A DNA stretch of 63,968 nt, filler included, from Hausera hauseri (Eukaryota), in assembly GCA_046269625.1 (NCBI GenBank). It is 11 parts of 11 records of this genome, joined end to end, with 100 filler letters (N's around TTAATTAATTAA, not from the genome) between each part and the next. Parts side by side here need not be neighbours in the genome. Positions count along the whole stretch, not along the records: positions 1 to 7,079 come from JBJURY010039222.1; positions 7,180 to 13,526 come from JBJURY010109875.1; 9 more parts are not named here. One strand, given 5' to 3'. How positions within the stretch are numbered: the stretch's first letter is position 1; the number at the start of each line of letters is the position of its first letter. The notes under the pieces were generated by a model. It ran no database searches, had not been told where the DNA came from, and saw only the letters and a list, made by a program, of their open reading frames with translations. Made by a program: the position numbers and the translations under genes. Shown here one piece after another: positions 1 through 10,762 of this stretch.

Positions 1-3000
1 TCCAGCCATCTTTTAACTTTGATTTTTTTCATCTCAACTTATTGGTCTAACCATCACATTACACTTTTTTAAATCGCCTGAAGTGGCTTGATCCAAGTCA
101 ATTCCATTTAGCCACATCTCTTGCAACAAGAATTTGCCTACTATCGTAATAGTACCTACAAAACCTAAAGTATCAAATATCTTTGTCAAGGTGTTTAAAA
201 CATTTCTTTTAGTTAATTCACTTTTACAGTTTTCTCAGTTATCGAAAATTAAACAATCTTCTTTCACTTCCCATTTAAGTCCTAATGCCTTTGATGTACA
301 ATTAATTTCACGCTTAAATGTATATTCTTTCAATTTTTCATCTTGTGGAATTACATCGTGTAATCGTTTTGAATTTGATAACCACTTATGTGTTTTCATT
401 TTTGCAATACCCTAAATTTCTTTTAACTGATAATATAATTCGATAACTTCATTTTCAGCTTCAACGGAGTCAGTACAGTGATCCATATATGTTGATTGTC
501 TGATAGTTTCGACCGCCCGTGGGTATCGACTTTCAAATGTGTCTGCATTAATTTGGATTATGAACTGAACTAAGAAGGATAATGCTTTCCACCCAGATAT
601 AAGCCTTGTAAACTGGTAAGTTTCAGTCTTCCCTTCATTTCTCCGTAAGAACTGTACAAACTTTCTGTTACAAGGTGAAATATCAATTTGCAGAAACATT
701 TCGGCCATGCCGCAAATTAATACAAATTCATTCTTTTTCAATTCTGATTAAAATGCCAAATAAATCTTGTTGTAGTTTCGGATATAGTAAGCCATTCAAA
801 CTCTTTTTACATTTGCAACTGCATCAAAAACTATTCTGACTTTAGTAGTGGATTTATCTGCTTTCAGAACATGGAAGTATAGTCGTATCCAATGATTTGT
901 TTCACTTTGTTTGTTCACCAAACTCTACATATACTTTCTTTATGTGATTTTCGAATATTTGTCCATAAGCTGTTTTTCTTAAATATTTAAGCTAAGCTTT
1001 TTTCCAGATATTCGAGTCTCTTTTCTGCCATGTATCCTTCCAATGCAGAGAAATTTCGTATCTTCCATCTTCGGTTTTCTTTATTTTATTTTTTGTAATC
1101 TGAAATATTTTCCTATCCAACTTTGACCAAGGTTCCTTTTCTCGGTTAAATTTTCACTTTCCCATAGTCTTCTTATGTTTTCACTTACTTTGTCTACCTT
1201 GGTCCAATATGTCCGTACCATATTGTTACGTACCAGTGTTTTTTCTTTTATCCAAACCCCCGACAAAAGTCCAGTCGAGGGGAGTTAATCTGACTATTGG
1301 TTCTCCTAACTTTCCCGAAATTTTCTTTACTAATTTGTGAAAATGGATACAATTTACTCCTATTATTCCATCCACACGTCTGTTTTTTCCAATTTCTGAA
1401 AAGTTGATTCCTTGTAAATGTGACAAACGTCTTTTTTCTATAGTCCATTCAGTAACGTTCATGTCTCCTGTAGGTTTTTTCATGGAGAGTGCATCAAATC
1501 GTTTACAAATGTTATTGCCTAAGCTTTGTAATAGCATGTGAACTCTTATCATCTTTTGTTTCTGTTGAATCTCCCCAACCACTGATACCATAATGTCTTT
1601 TTCTTTCCCATTGGGTTTTAATTATNNNNNNNNNNTTCTTCGAGAAAACTATCTATACTAGCATCGTCTAATAACATATTTACTTTAATTCTTTGGCTTT
1701 CGCTGATTAAATATACTGATATAGTTCTCAAAGCCACTCTGTCTTGAAGAGCAGACAACTTGTGCACCATCTTTGTCATGTAGTTCGTTTTTCTAAGATA
1801 TCGAAATCATTTACTTGACAGAAATCATCTTTATGTTCTGATTTTGCCGCATTTGTATTTGACGGCATTCCAGTTGTGGTACCCACTTTAGCCCACATCA
1901 ACAATTAAAAAACATGACGATTGATCTTTGTTTAAATATCCGGTTTTTGAGTTTACATTTTGAATTGTAAAAAAATATGGATCAGTTTGAAAGTTCGTGG
2001 TTCACGATATTATTTTAAATTTACCTTTACCATATAGTGGTTTATTCTATTAGATTAATTCTTTTTATAAATACATTTCTGGTTGAGTTGAGAGTTAGAA
2101 AATCTCTAATGACTTATTTTTTGGAAAATTCAAATTCTCTTATAATTCGATGCAACCCACTGGGATTTTTAAAAATAATTCTGGTAATCAAAAAATTACT
2201 TCAAGAAATGTTTCTGGTTTATTTGGTGATGTACATTCGTCGTCTGGCGGTGGTAGTAGCTCATTTTTACCAATGCAATGAACGGTGAATACTTCATTAA
2301 CTTTTAGATTTCGTAATGCATCAACAGGCCTTGGCACTTCTTCAAATATAGCATATGGTTTCAGAGAAATTAACACCAGTATTATTAAAGTTTTCGTTAG
2401 AAACGTTCCGGTTTATAGATTTTGAAACTATATCGTGTCTAAATCTACAATTTGCACCGTATTTGCAATTTCCATTTTGATAGTATATACAAGCCCTTTT
2501 GTCTATGTATTTATCATTACTTCAATCTTCTTTTTCATGCCGATAAGAACATGACTCACCTAGACGACACTTCCCTGTCTGGAAATACTTAAAAGCCTTC
2601 GTTGATTTCCCGTTTCTATTTGCCATTGAGTATAGTTGCTTGAATCCTTGCCATTCTTTTGTCCATTTTCACATCCTTCACATTGTTAAAGTTACACTTA
2701 TTTGTCAATTTAAGTTTATCTTCTCTTATTGGTGAAAAATGACTTTTTACTATCGTTTCTAAATGTCCTTGTTTAAATTTATTTGGCATTGAGGAAATAA
2801 CTCCAAGAACTCCTTCTGCGGCGACACACTTTAATTCAGCTTCCTTTTCCATTCATATCTTGCAATTCTGTACATTCCGTTTTTATCCTTATCTTCGCGG
2901 TAACGTTCCCAATTCAACGCCATTAATTCAGGTAGCTTTTGATTGAAATTTGGTATAATGTACTCCCGTCCAACTCCGTTTCTCGACCTAAATGTTTTAA

Positions 3001-3345
3001 TTTTACAATAACTGATTCTAGTAATATGACGAAAGAATCTAGTATTTTTATGTTAGACACCTATTTTCTGAAATGACTTCCATGACGTCTGACATGAGAG
3101 AAGCATAATTTCTCTGATTTCCTCCTTAATAGCGGTCCAACTTTTCTATTGCTGCTTTGTATGAGATCACGGTTTCAAATTAAACGTTTTGTTTTTCCAA
3201 ACGAAGAGTTTTCTAGTTGTATTTGTTTGTCGATAGAAGAAAGCGATGTATTATCGGCACACATTTTAAAAATGTTTCTATTTTTAAAATTCTGCAACAT
3301 TTCCATCAAACTTTGGGAGTTCGATACGCTTCCATTTGGCGCTAA
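1..3345 (-). mobile_element. BEL/Pao LTR retrotransposon gag-pol, decayed
   Basis: Minus-strand motifs in BEL order: Gag KRIELPKFDGNVAEF...DNTSLSSIDKQIQLENS (about 3200-3340), QKLPELMALNWERY..MEKEAE, protease VALRTISVYL..IKVNMLLDDAS (about 1640-1740), IVRLTPLDWTFVG, RT AEMFLQI..YQFTRLISG..STYMDH (412-741), then KALGLKW..TKRNVL..KIFDTLGF (1-410). Many stops and frameshifts. Confidence 0.9.
2435..2597 (-). other. Two tandem CCCH zinc fingers inside the BEL Gag region
   Basis: KA(F)KYFQTGKCRLGESCSYRH and RACIYYQNGNCKYGANCRFRH match C-x7-C-x5-C-x3-H. The first Cys of finger 1 is TTT (likely from TGT). Confidence 0.85.
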
Positions 3346-3348
3346 ATA

Positions 3349-4467
3349 TTATTTCGTTGGTCTTTTATAAAATATTGGTTCTGCTAGACCTATGTTGTCG
3401 TCGATATACTGACAAATTTCCACTCCAAGTACAACTGGGGTTAGTAGCACTCTGAAGTGAATACCAGTGTGAAACATCATAGACTTCAATTTCATTGTTG
3501 TTTTTGATCCTATTGTATTTGTTTGTGGATTGATTCCATCGTAATTTTCATTCTGAGCTCGCCATTGGATTTTCCCACAGGCCATATATATTAGGATTTT
3601 CTCAAATGGTTGTTCTGGTTGGAACATTTTGACGAAATCAACATCATATAGCGGCTTTTCTAATTTGATAATCCTAAATAGTCTTTCATTTATGGTGGCG
3701 GTTTTCAGTGAATTGTCTAGATAGCGACATTGAGTATACATCAAATCAGATGAGGTTTCCATGAGCTGGATTAACTTGTTATAGAATTTGGAGGAGTATA
3801 GATTGTTGTGGGCATCATATATCGGAACAAATTTTGTATACATTTCTTCCCATGTACGATTTTTTAATCTATCTTGTTCCGTCTCTTGGAGATTTTTGGT
3901 GATTTGTTCTCCTAATTTCATTCTTTTATTTTCGGGAAGGTCTTCAAATGTAAAAGATTTTCTTATTTCACCTTGATATTCAAATGGTTTCATATTTTCG
4001 GGCTTCTTTGTTGGAATGGTTGTATTCAAAATTCCTCTGGTTATTGGGAATGCTTGATTTGGATTTTGGAATGTGAAAGAAGTGGTAGACTGGTTCTGGG
4101 GTAGTATAACCCTTCTTTTAGGGTTAGGGACTACTGATATGACGGAATTGTTACTGTCTGTATCGGATCCATCTAGATCTGGATTGAAGTTTGTTTCTTC
4201 TAACTCAAAAACATAGGTTGGTGTATCCATGCTGAAAAGAAAGATAAATTGATAGTAGGTCGCTTTTAATGGCCTGTTCGAAGAGTAGGTGGTTACTATT
4301 TGATTTTTTATTTGTTGTTTGTATTGGTGCAAATCTATTGGTTTAGATTTGCTTGCATGTGCTATTGTAGATGCATGTATGAGTTTTACACGTTTGTGTT
4401 TTTTGATGTGTATAATTTTAGAATTTTTAATTACCCCAACCGTCTTGACGTCGACTGTCCACTCCAC
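3349..4467 (-). CDS. Orphan ORF of unknown function (likely start MDTPTY near 4230), probably a 3' accessory ORF of the gypsy element
   Basis: 372-codon uninterrupted ORF in otherwise decayed DNA; no recognisable motif. Confidence 0.45.
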   Translation of the reverse strand: MEWTVDVKTVGVIKNSKIIHIKKHKRVKLIHASTIAHASKSKPIDLHQYKQQIKNQIVTTYSSNRPLKATYYQFIFLFSMDTPTYVFELEETNFNPDLDGSDTDSNNSVISVVPNPKRRVILPQNQSTTSFTFQNPNQAFPITRGILNTTIPTKKPENMKPFEYQGEIRKSFTFEDLPENKRMKLGEQITKNLQETEQDRLKNRTWEEMYTKFVPIYDAHNNLYSSKFYNKLIQLMETSSDLMYTQCRYLDNSLKTATINERLFRIIKLEKPLYDVDFVKMFQPEQPFEKILIYMACGKIQWRAQNENYDGINPQTNTIGSKTTMKLKSMMFHTGIHFRVLLTPVVLGVEICQYIDDNIGLAEPIFYKRPTK

Positions 4468-5568
4468 AACACAACCAAATTAAAGATATTAGATTGGTGG
4501 TTAGCAATAGAGTCTTATTCATAATGGCTCGCTTTTTAGAGAATCTTTTTATTTCTATTATTACGAAGGGTGTGGAAATGGACAGTAGAAGGAATACTAT
4601 TATTATGGAAGGTACTAAGATTTTAACATATTAGTTTGAGTAGTGGGACTAGTTACTAGATGTAGGGTTGTATAAATTGGAAATTCTTCAAGTGCTAAAT
4701 ATTTTCTAGTTCTCGTTTGAGTTCTAATTGTTCGATGTCTCGTTACAGCATGGTGTTGAGTGAAAACGATTAGATATTCTTCATCAGGCTGGAGGTCAAT
4801 GCATCTAGTTATCCTTTCGTGCTTTTTTATAACGGCGTATATTATGTGATATTTTCCTACACAAGTTATTGAAATAGGATCGTCTAGTAATTGCAAGACC
4901 TTAAACTCAATATACGAGTCTGTTGCTATCATGGTGACATCGGGTATTTTATTTAGGCTAACTGTAGTAATTTGTTTATTACTAAAGGTCGATAATGTAG
5001 TGATAGTTGATGTTATTACTTGTTCTATTTTAAAGAATTGCAGTAATGGCATATGAATATGGAAGTTCAAGGCTTTTTCGCCGGATTTGTGTTTGAATAA
5101 TCTAGGGAAATAATATGTTATTTGCAAGTCAACTTCGTTCGTTAAGGTGGGCCTTTTTATCATGACTTTGTCTATTAGTTTTGGTTCATTGTCCTTTTCT
5201 TGAGTAAAGAAAAAGGCAGGGCCAATTTTTTCTACGTACACCTGTTTTGCTATAAGCAGGATTTTCTGCCTTGGTTTCAACAACATTTCGGTTCTTAGGA
5301 AATAAAGGTCTATAAGGCAAATCTCGTTTAAGTATGGGGTTGAACAGCGCTTAGTTGACAGACAAATTGCGTCGTTTACTTCTGGTGACAGAACTAAATG
5401 ACTAATTTCTTTGTATTTTGATTCTCCTACGAATAATCCATTTATTAAGTTTAATGAATTTTGCCAGGTAATTTTTACCCGTAATTCTATGTTTGTAATT
5501 ATGAGGTCTGTTACCAAGGTTTGTACCGTTGTCGATAGTATTAGACCAAAAATCATAATTATAAGCAA
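4430..5568 (-). pseudogene. Post-integrase type I membrane protein with an FN3-like ectodomain
   Basis: Hydrophobic N-terminus LLIIMIFGLILSTTVQT and beta-rich body with VKITWQN and IDLQPDEEYLIVF. After a frameshift near 4620: TM segment ILVPSIIIVFLLLSISTPFVIIEI followed by KRFSKKR. Confidence 0.6.
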
Positions 5569-5639
5569 TAACTGTTCCAGGCTACAAGTTGGTTTTAAAA
5601 CTGGTTGTTTCGATGATCGTAATGAGTATTGGGGTTCTT

Positions 5640-7079
5640 CTTTGACTTTTAAATCCTTTGTCCTTTCTTAGCTCGTCTTTTTGCCAATGCCCTTTTCAAT
5701 GAATATATTTTGAGGGTGTAACCTTGACTACTAGATAAGATCCTTTACCTGTACCAGTTAGTTTTAATGATTTTCCTGGTTTCGCTACTGGATAATGTAC
5801 CATTACTTTACCACCTGGTTGAAATTTATGAGATTTAGCTTTTTTATTATAGTACGCCTGGTACTCTTGTTTATATTGCTTGATGGCTTGTTCAGCTTTC
5901 TCCCAACAATTTGCTAAACTGTTTACAACACTTTTATGTATTTCTTCATCAGACTGATCTTCGGATATTTCCTTTTCTGGTAATAACTGGATATCCATTG
6001 GCAGTAGTGGTTTTCTACCATACATGAATTCAAATGGTGTATATCCTGATGAACTAGTAGGTGTAGTTGCAATTGCAAACTGCACAACTTTTAAGTGGAT
6101 GTCCCAATCCTTTTGTGTCTTATCTATCATAGCTGATAGTATACATTGCACGGTATAGATAAATCTTTCGACTTTACCACTGCATTGAGGATGGTATGCT
6201 GTTGTTAGCAACCGGTTAGTTTGACATATATCTGTTATTTCTTTTAATAGTTTGCTTCGGACGTTTGGTGCTCTATCTGTCAATAGATAGCGTGCGGCAC
6301 CAAATTGACAAACTATTTTGCTAATAAACTTTTTTGCAACTGTGATAGCTAACAAATCCTTTGTTGGTATATGGATAGGATAGCTGGCCAAATAATCGGT
6401 ACATAACAATATGTATTTATTTCCTCTTGGAGTTGTCGGTTAAGGTCCAGAAAAATCCATAACGCATAGTTCCATTGAACTACTTGGTTCTGGTAGTGGC
6501 TTCAGTTCCGATTTATATCGTATTCCTTTATTTTTCATTGTTGCACACATTTTGCACTCATCCACCTAATCCTTAACATCTTGCTCGATTGTAGGCCAGT
6601 AATATTTCTGGTTTATTCGTTTTTTAGTTTTTCGCGAAGATGGATGACCCGCTAAATTTGAGTCATGTTCTTGGTAAAGTATGGCATTTCGTAGTCGTTT
6701 TGGTACGACTACTAAAAGTTCTTCATTTTTATTGTATTTTAGCACATTTTCATTTAGTAGGAATTTTTCACCTTCTCATTTGAGATATTTAGTCAATTTT
6801 TCATGNNNNNNNNNNTCGAGTTTTAACATAGTTGATAATATAGCTGGTTTGTTGATCTTCTGCTTGCTTTTCAGCTATACTATTTGTATTTATTTCTCGA
6901 TATTGTTTCAACATTTTATTAAAAAGGTGCTCTTCTTCATCTAATGATGAAATTATTTCATACATCCCTGATAATGCATCTACATCTGTATTATCCTTAC
7001 CAGGTCGATATCTAAATTCTATATTAAAATCGTTGATGTATGCTAACCATTTATTCATACGTTTGGTTAGTTCCTGGTC
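5640..7079 (-). mobile_element. Ty3/gypsy RNaseH end plus integrase (glycoprotein-carrying lineage)
   Basis: IEFRYRPGKDNTDVDALS; HHCC region (HDSNLAGHPS..C..C); LLTDRAPN..TTAYHPQCSGKVER. The C-terminal VHYPVAKPGKSLKLTGTGKGSY is closely similar to 26587-26880. Confidence 0.92.
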
Positions 7080-7179
7080 NNNNNNNNNNNNNNNNNNNNN
7101 NNNNNNNNNNNNNNNNNNNNNNNTTAATTAATTAANNNNNNNNNNNNNNNNNNNNNNNNNNNNNNNNNNNNNNNNNNNN
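7080..7179. other. Artificial contig spacer N44-TTAATTAATTAA-N44 (also 13527-13626, 22613-22712, 28658-28757, 32798-32897, 37183-37282, 42851-42950, 47439-47538, 53785-53884, 59804-59903)
   Basis: Identical 100-bp linker with stops in all six frames occurs ten times. Confidence 0.98.
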
Positions 7180-10100
7180 GGTCTTGCCAAAAACGCTGTT
7201 ATTGTATAGTTTGAATTGATCTTTCTCAAAGTCGTTCTTGGCATTAGTCCGCAGCATCGTATTGATATCTATGTATGACTGCAGCCACATGGACTGGTTG
7301 AACTGCAGGGTTCTATGGATCTTAGTAAGGCGAAGTCCATGTCTAACTTCCTGCTGGACATTGATGTAGTGAACTACATACCTCTCCCTATTACCCAGAT
7401 GACAGAGCAGCTTATGCTTTCCATGGGGCGGAGGCCTGCTCTCGAAGGAAAGGCAGTTGTTAATGCCTTGCGTGGATGGATGCAGGATATTCTATATCCA
7501 CCTCCAGTATGTAGCCCGTATCTCCAGTGGGATCCAGATCCAATATAGGTATATGTTCAGGATTCTCGACCCATTTGAAGTTATCATATGGCAATGGGGC
7601 GCTCATATACTTGTTGTTAGCCTCGCTATACCGGTGAATGGTCTGGCGTATTCCGCCTCTAATGCCTCTGTTGATCATAAGGATTATGTCGTAATCCTTA
7701 ATGATCTGCAGCCTTATGCCGGTATATCTAAGCGTAGCTGCCCAGCTCATCCCTGTGGCCGTAAAGAAATGAGCCGGATCCAAAGCATGGCTCTTCACTG
7801 TTACATTCCTGAAACTCTCAAAGACATCTGTGAGCAGCAGCACGTCCGTCTTGAGGTAAATTTTGCTGTATTCCCTAATGTTCGGCAGTGGAATGCATGT
7901 TAGACGTTCTGGGCATGCTGGTAGTCAGCATCACTGATATCGGAATAAGACAGGATACTGTAAAAGTCCTTCTTGTCCGGCAATGAGGTCTCATCCACTG
8001 TTTCCCATGAGGTTATGTAGTCATAAGGAAACACGCCTTTCCTCTTAACAAGGTCAAAGGTAGTGGGAAAGAATCGCTTCGTATAGTTGAGTTACTCTGC
8101 AGGGAGGTTCTTCACTAAACTGTCCAGTAACGAGCTCATGAAGCGGATGCTATCTATGAAGCGAAAACTGATGTGGCCCACCTGCTTGGTGAAAGTGATG
8201 TATTTTTCCTCATTATTGGGAATGACATCAATATTTCCTTCAATGTTGCCCAGTTCCCGAACAATGAAGTGGGAATCATAACCACTGAGGTTGTGGAACA
8301 CTACAGGCACATATGTGCATGTTTTGCAGCGTAAGTTGCAGTTGTTGCATGCTGCACCTCAATATTTGCCTGTAAAATGGCAATGATCCTTGACTTTATG
8401 ATTTTCCTTGGTGAAGAGCTTGTCGCACAAGTAACATGTAGTTGTCTTGCACCATTCTTCAGTTTGCTGCTTCGACATGCTCATTGTATCCTTATGCTGC
8501 TGAAATATGTTTTCAAGCTTATGAGCTATGTCTTCTAATCTCTTCATAAAATGTGGTGCTGCAACTGACCGTATGAATAGAAATGGTTCACAGTCCAGTC
8601 CTTTGGCATATATACAATATGATGAGAGTTAATGATATTGGTATGTTGTTGTGCTGCTATGTTGGGGATTAATGCTGCAGCTGTGAACTGGGCTGAAGAT
8701 GGCCTCAAAATCACAGTAGGCGACAATCGGTGCTTTCTGCATCTTCTCGAACTCCTTGAATTCCAGGTAATCCTCCTTGAGGAATTCTGCTCGGATGCAA
8801 TAGTTTGTATTACAATAGGTCTTGTGCTTTACCAGTTTTTCTGCGGCTGTGTCCCCATTAAAATGGGTAAAGCATCTCTTGCATATTTCCAGCCTTGATT
8901 CATGCTTGGATATTTGGGATCCTACGAAGCGCTCAAAATTCTTGATTTAGATGAAATGCCTCGTTTCTCCATCATCTAGCAGGAGTAGATCCCTATGATC
9001 CTCCAATCCCTCCTTGCATACATGTAATGGATAAAATTTATCCTCCTCCAATCCAAAGGTGCTGATTGAGATGTTGTTCATGCTTTCAAATTTCACGACT
9101 TCATCTAGGCTCGGCGGGAATGAAGTCGTATGTGTTCTGCAATTTGTCATATATCCAAACTCGGGAAGCATTATGTTGATCCTGGACTAGTTTTGGTAAA
9201 ATGGCACACATGAACCACATGTTGTCATTAATATGGACATTGATATATGCCTTTTTCTTAACTATACATTTAGGAAGCGGTATGTAGGACCTGCCGCTCG
9301 TGGGAGAATACTTGTGCTAAAGTCCAACCGCTCTTCTTGTATTGGCTTTCTTCGGCTTCACGTATGAGCCTTGATTAGTCCTCTGTAATGAAATCCTTAA
9401 TGTTAAAGATTTTAATAGTGTCCTGTTCTTTGTCTTGAAGGCTCTATTAGACAGCTCTCCTTTGACATTAGTGCATGTGGCTTCCAATTTGAAGTTATCC
9501 TTAAGGGTCTTCAACTCCAACAAGTTGTCCTGGTAAATTCCTGATGCCTCCTCCCTTAAATATTCCAGGAAATCATAAAATGATGTCTGCCCCGCTGCTG
9601 CTATGAAGTATCGCCGCACTTTTCTCTTCAGTGCAGCTGCCTCAACTGGCCGCTGTCTTTGGCTTTATGATGGAGCATCTTCTGCTACTTCTGATAGGCG
9701 TTTTGGTTTTCCGTTAGGCCTTTCTGCTAAAGCAGGCCTTGCTGCCAAAGCAGGCTGTGCTGCCAAAACAGGATGCTTCTCATTAAATATGACCTTCTTT
9801 GGCTTTGAATTGAAGTCTGTCAAATGGGCAATATGATCTTTGTAAAACAGCATGTATTCTCCATCACATACAGCCTCACATCCAGGGCAAATATAATAAA
9901 GGAGGGCTGTGTATTACACATGTGTAATACGCATATAAACTGCACCCTCTATTTTCCTTTGGCATGAAAGTCGTTATTGGCATATTGGTACTGAATATTT
10001 GTTTTTTCAATTTGGTGAAAGAAATCAAGTGCTGTTTATGGACATTGTAAAAGACTTCATAATTGATTTGGCACAGTACCTCACATGTAGGGCATATGTA

Positions 10101-10205
10101 ATACTGAACCCTGTTGTACATATGAACAGAGTACTTATTCATGACACTGTGGCAATTTTCCGGCTCGTGGATTTGAGCCAAACATTCGCTGTAAAGTTTG
10201 CACAT
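7180..10205 (-). pseudogene. Polinton/adintovirus-type protein-primed DNA polymerase B with endonuclease VII (HNH) insert, copy A
   Basis: [81 protein letters not shown]. Multiple lesions. Confidence 0.92.
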
Positions 10206-10690
10206 CTAAAATCGACCAGTTATTTTGAGGAGCACAATTAAAGAAACCCAAAATTTGTTGAAGTGATTTTGGAAATAATGAAATATATTGCTATATCACC
10301 ATGTACTGCCTCGCTTATTGATTGTTTTTAATGCACTTTTGTTTTGATGTATCAATTAAATTAAATATCTGGCGGCGCCAAATTTAAGGTTTTCGACCAT
10401 GGGGAATCAAACGACGAGATTAGATTCTTTGAACAATGCATTATTGACCGAATATTCGAGTTCGAATAATTAAGTCTTCGACTTGTAAGCTCGAATTCGA
10501 ATATCTAACATCCTATTCCGATTCAGCATACATGTCTTCCTATCCCGCCCCGCTTAAAAATTTATTGATTTCTGCTTTACTTAGCCTTAAATGCAGGTTT
10601 TGCTTAATTCGAAATATTGATTTTATGACTATATAGTAAATTTTCATGGAATAATTTTTATGTATAAGGGGGTTGTGTTTCCAATGAAAT
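10206..10690 (-). promoter_or_regulatory. Conserved upstream non-coding region of the pPolB family (homologous to 13192-13526 and 63410-63968)
   Basis: The three copies align. They share GCGCCAA(A), TCGA-rich palindromes and an 18-bp TTCCTATCYSGSCCCGCT-type motif. Confidence 0.6.
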
Positions 10691-10762
10691 TGAACAAAGA
10701 ATTTAATCAAATGTACATATATTTAAGTATAGTTGAGACAATAATGGTAGGTTCAGAACGAT

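Noticed and set aside
7080-7179. Recurrent TTAATTAATTAA palindrome and ORFs ending in X..LIN
   Set aside because: Assembly linker, not biology. It also means gene neighbourhoods across spacers cannot be used as evidence.
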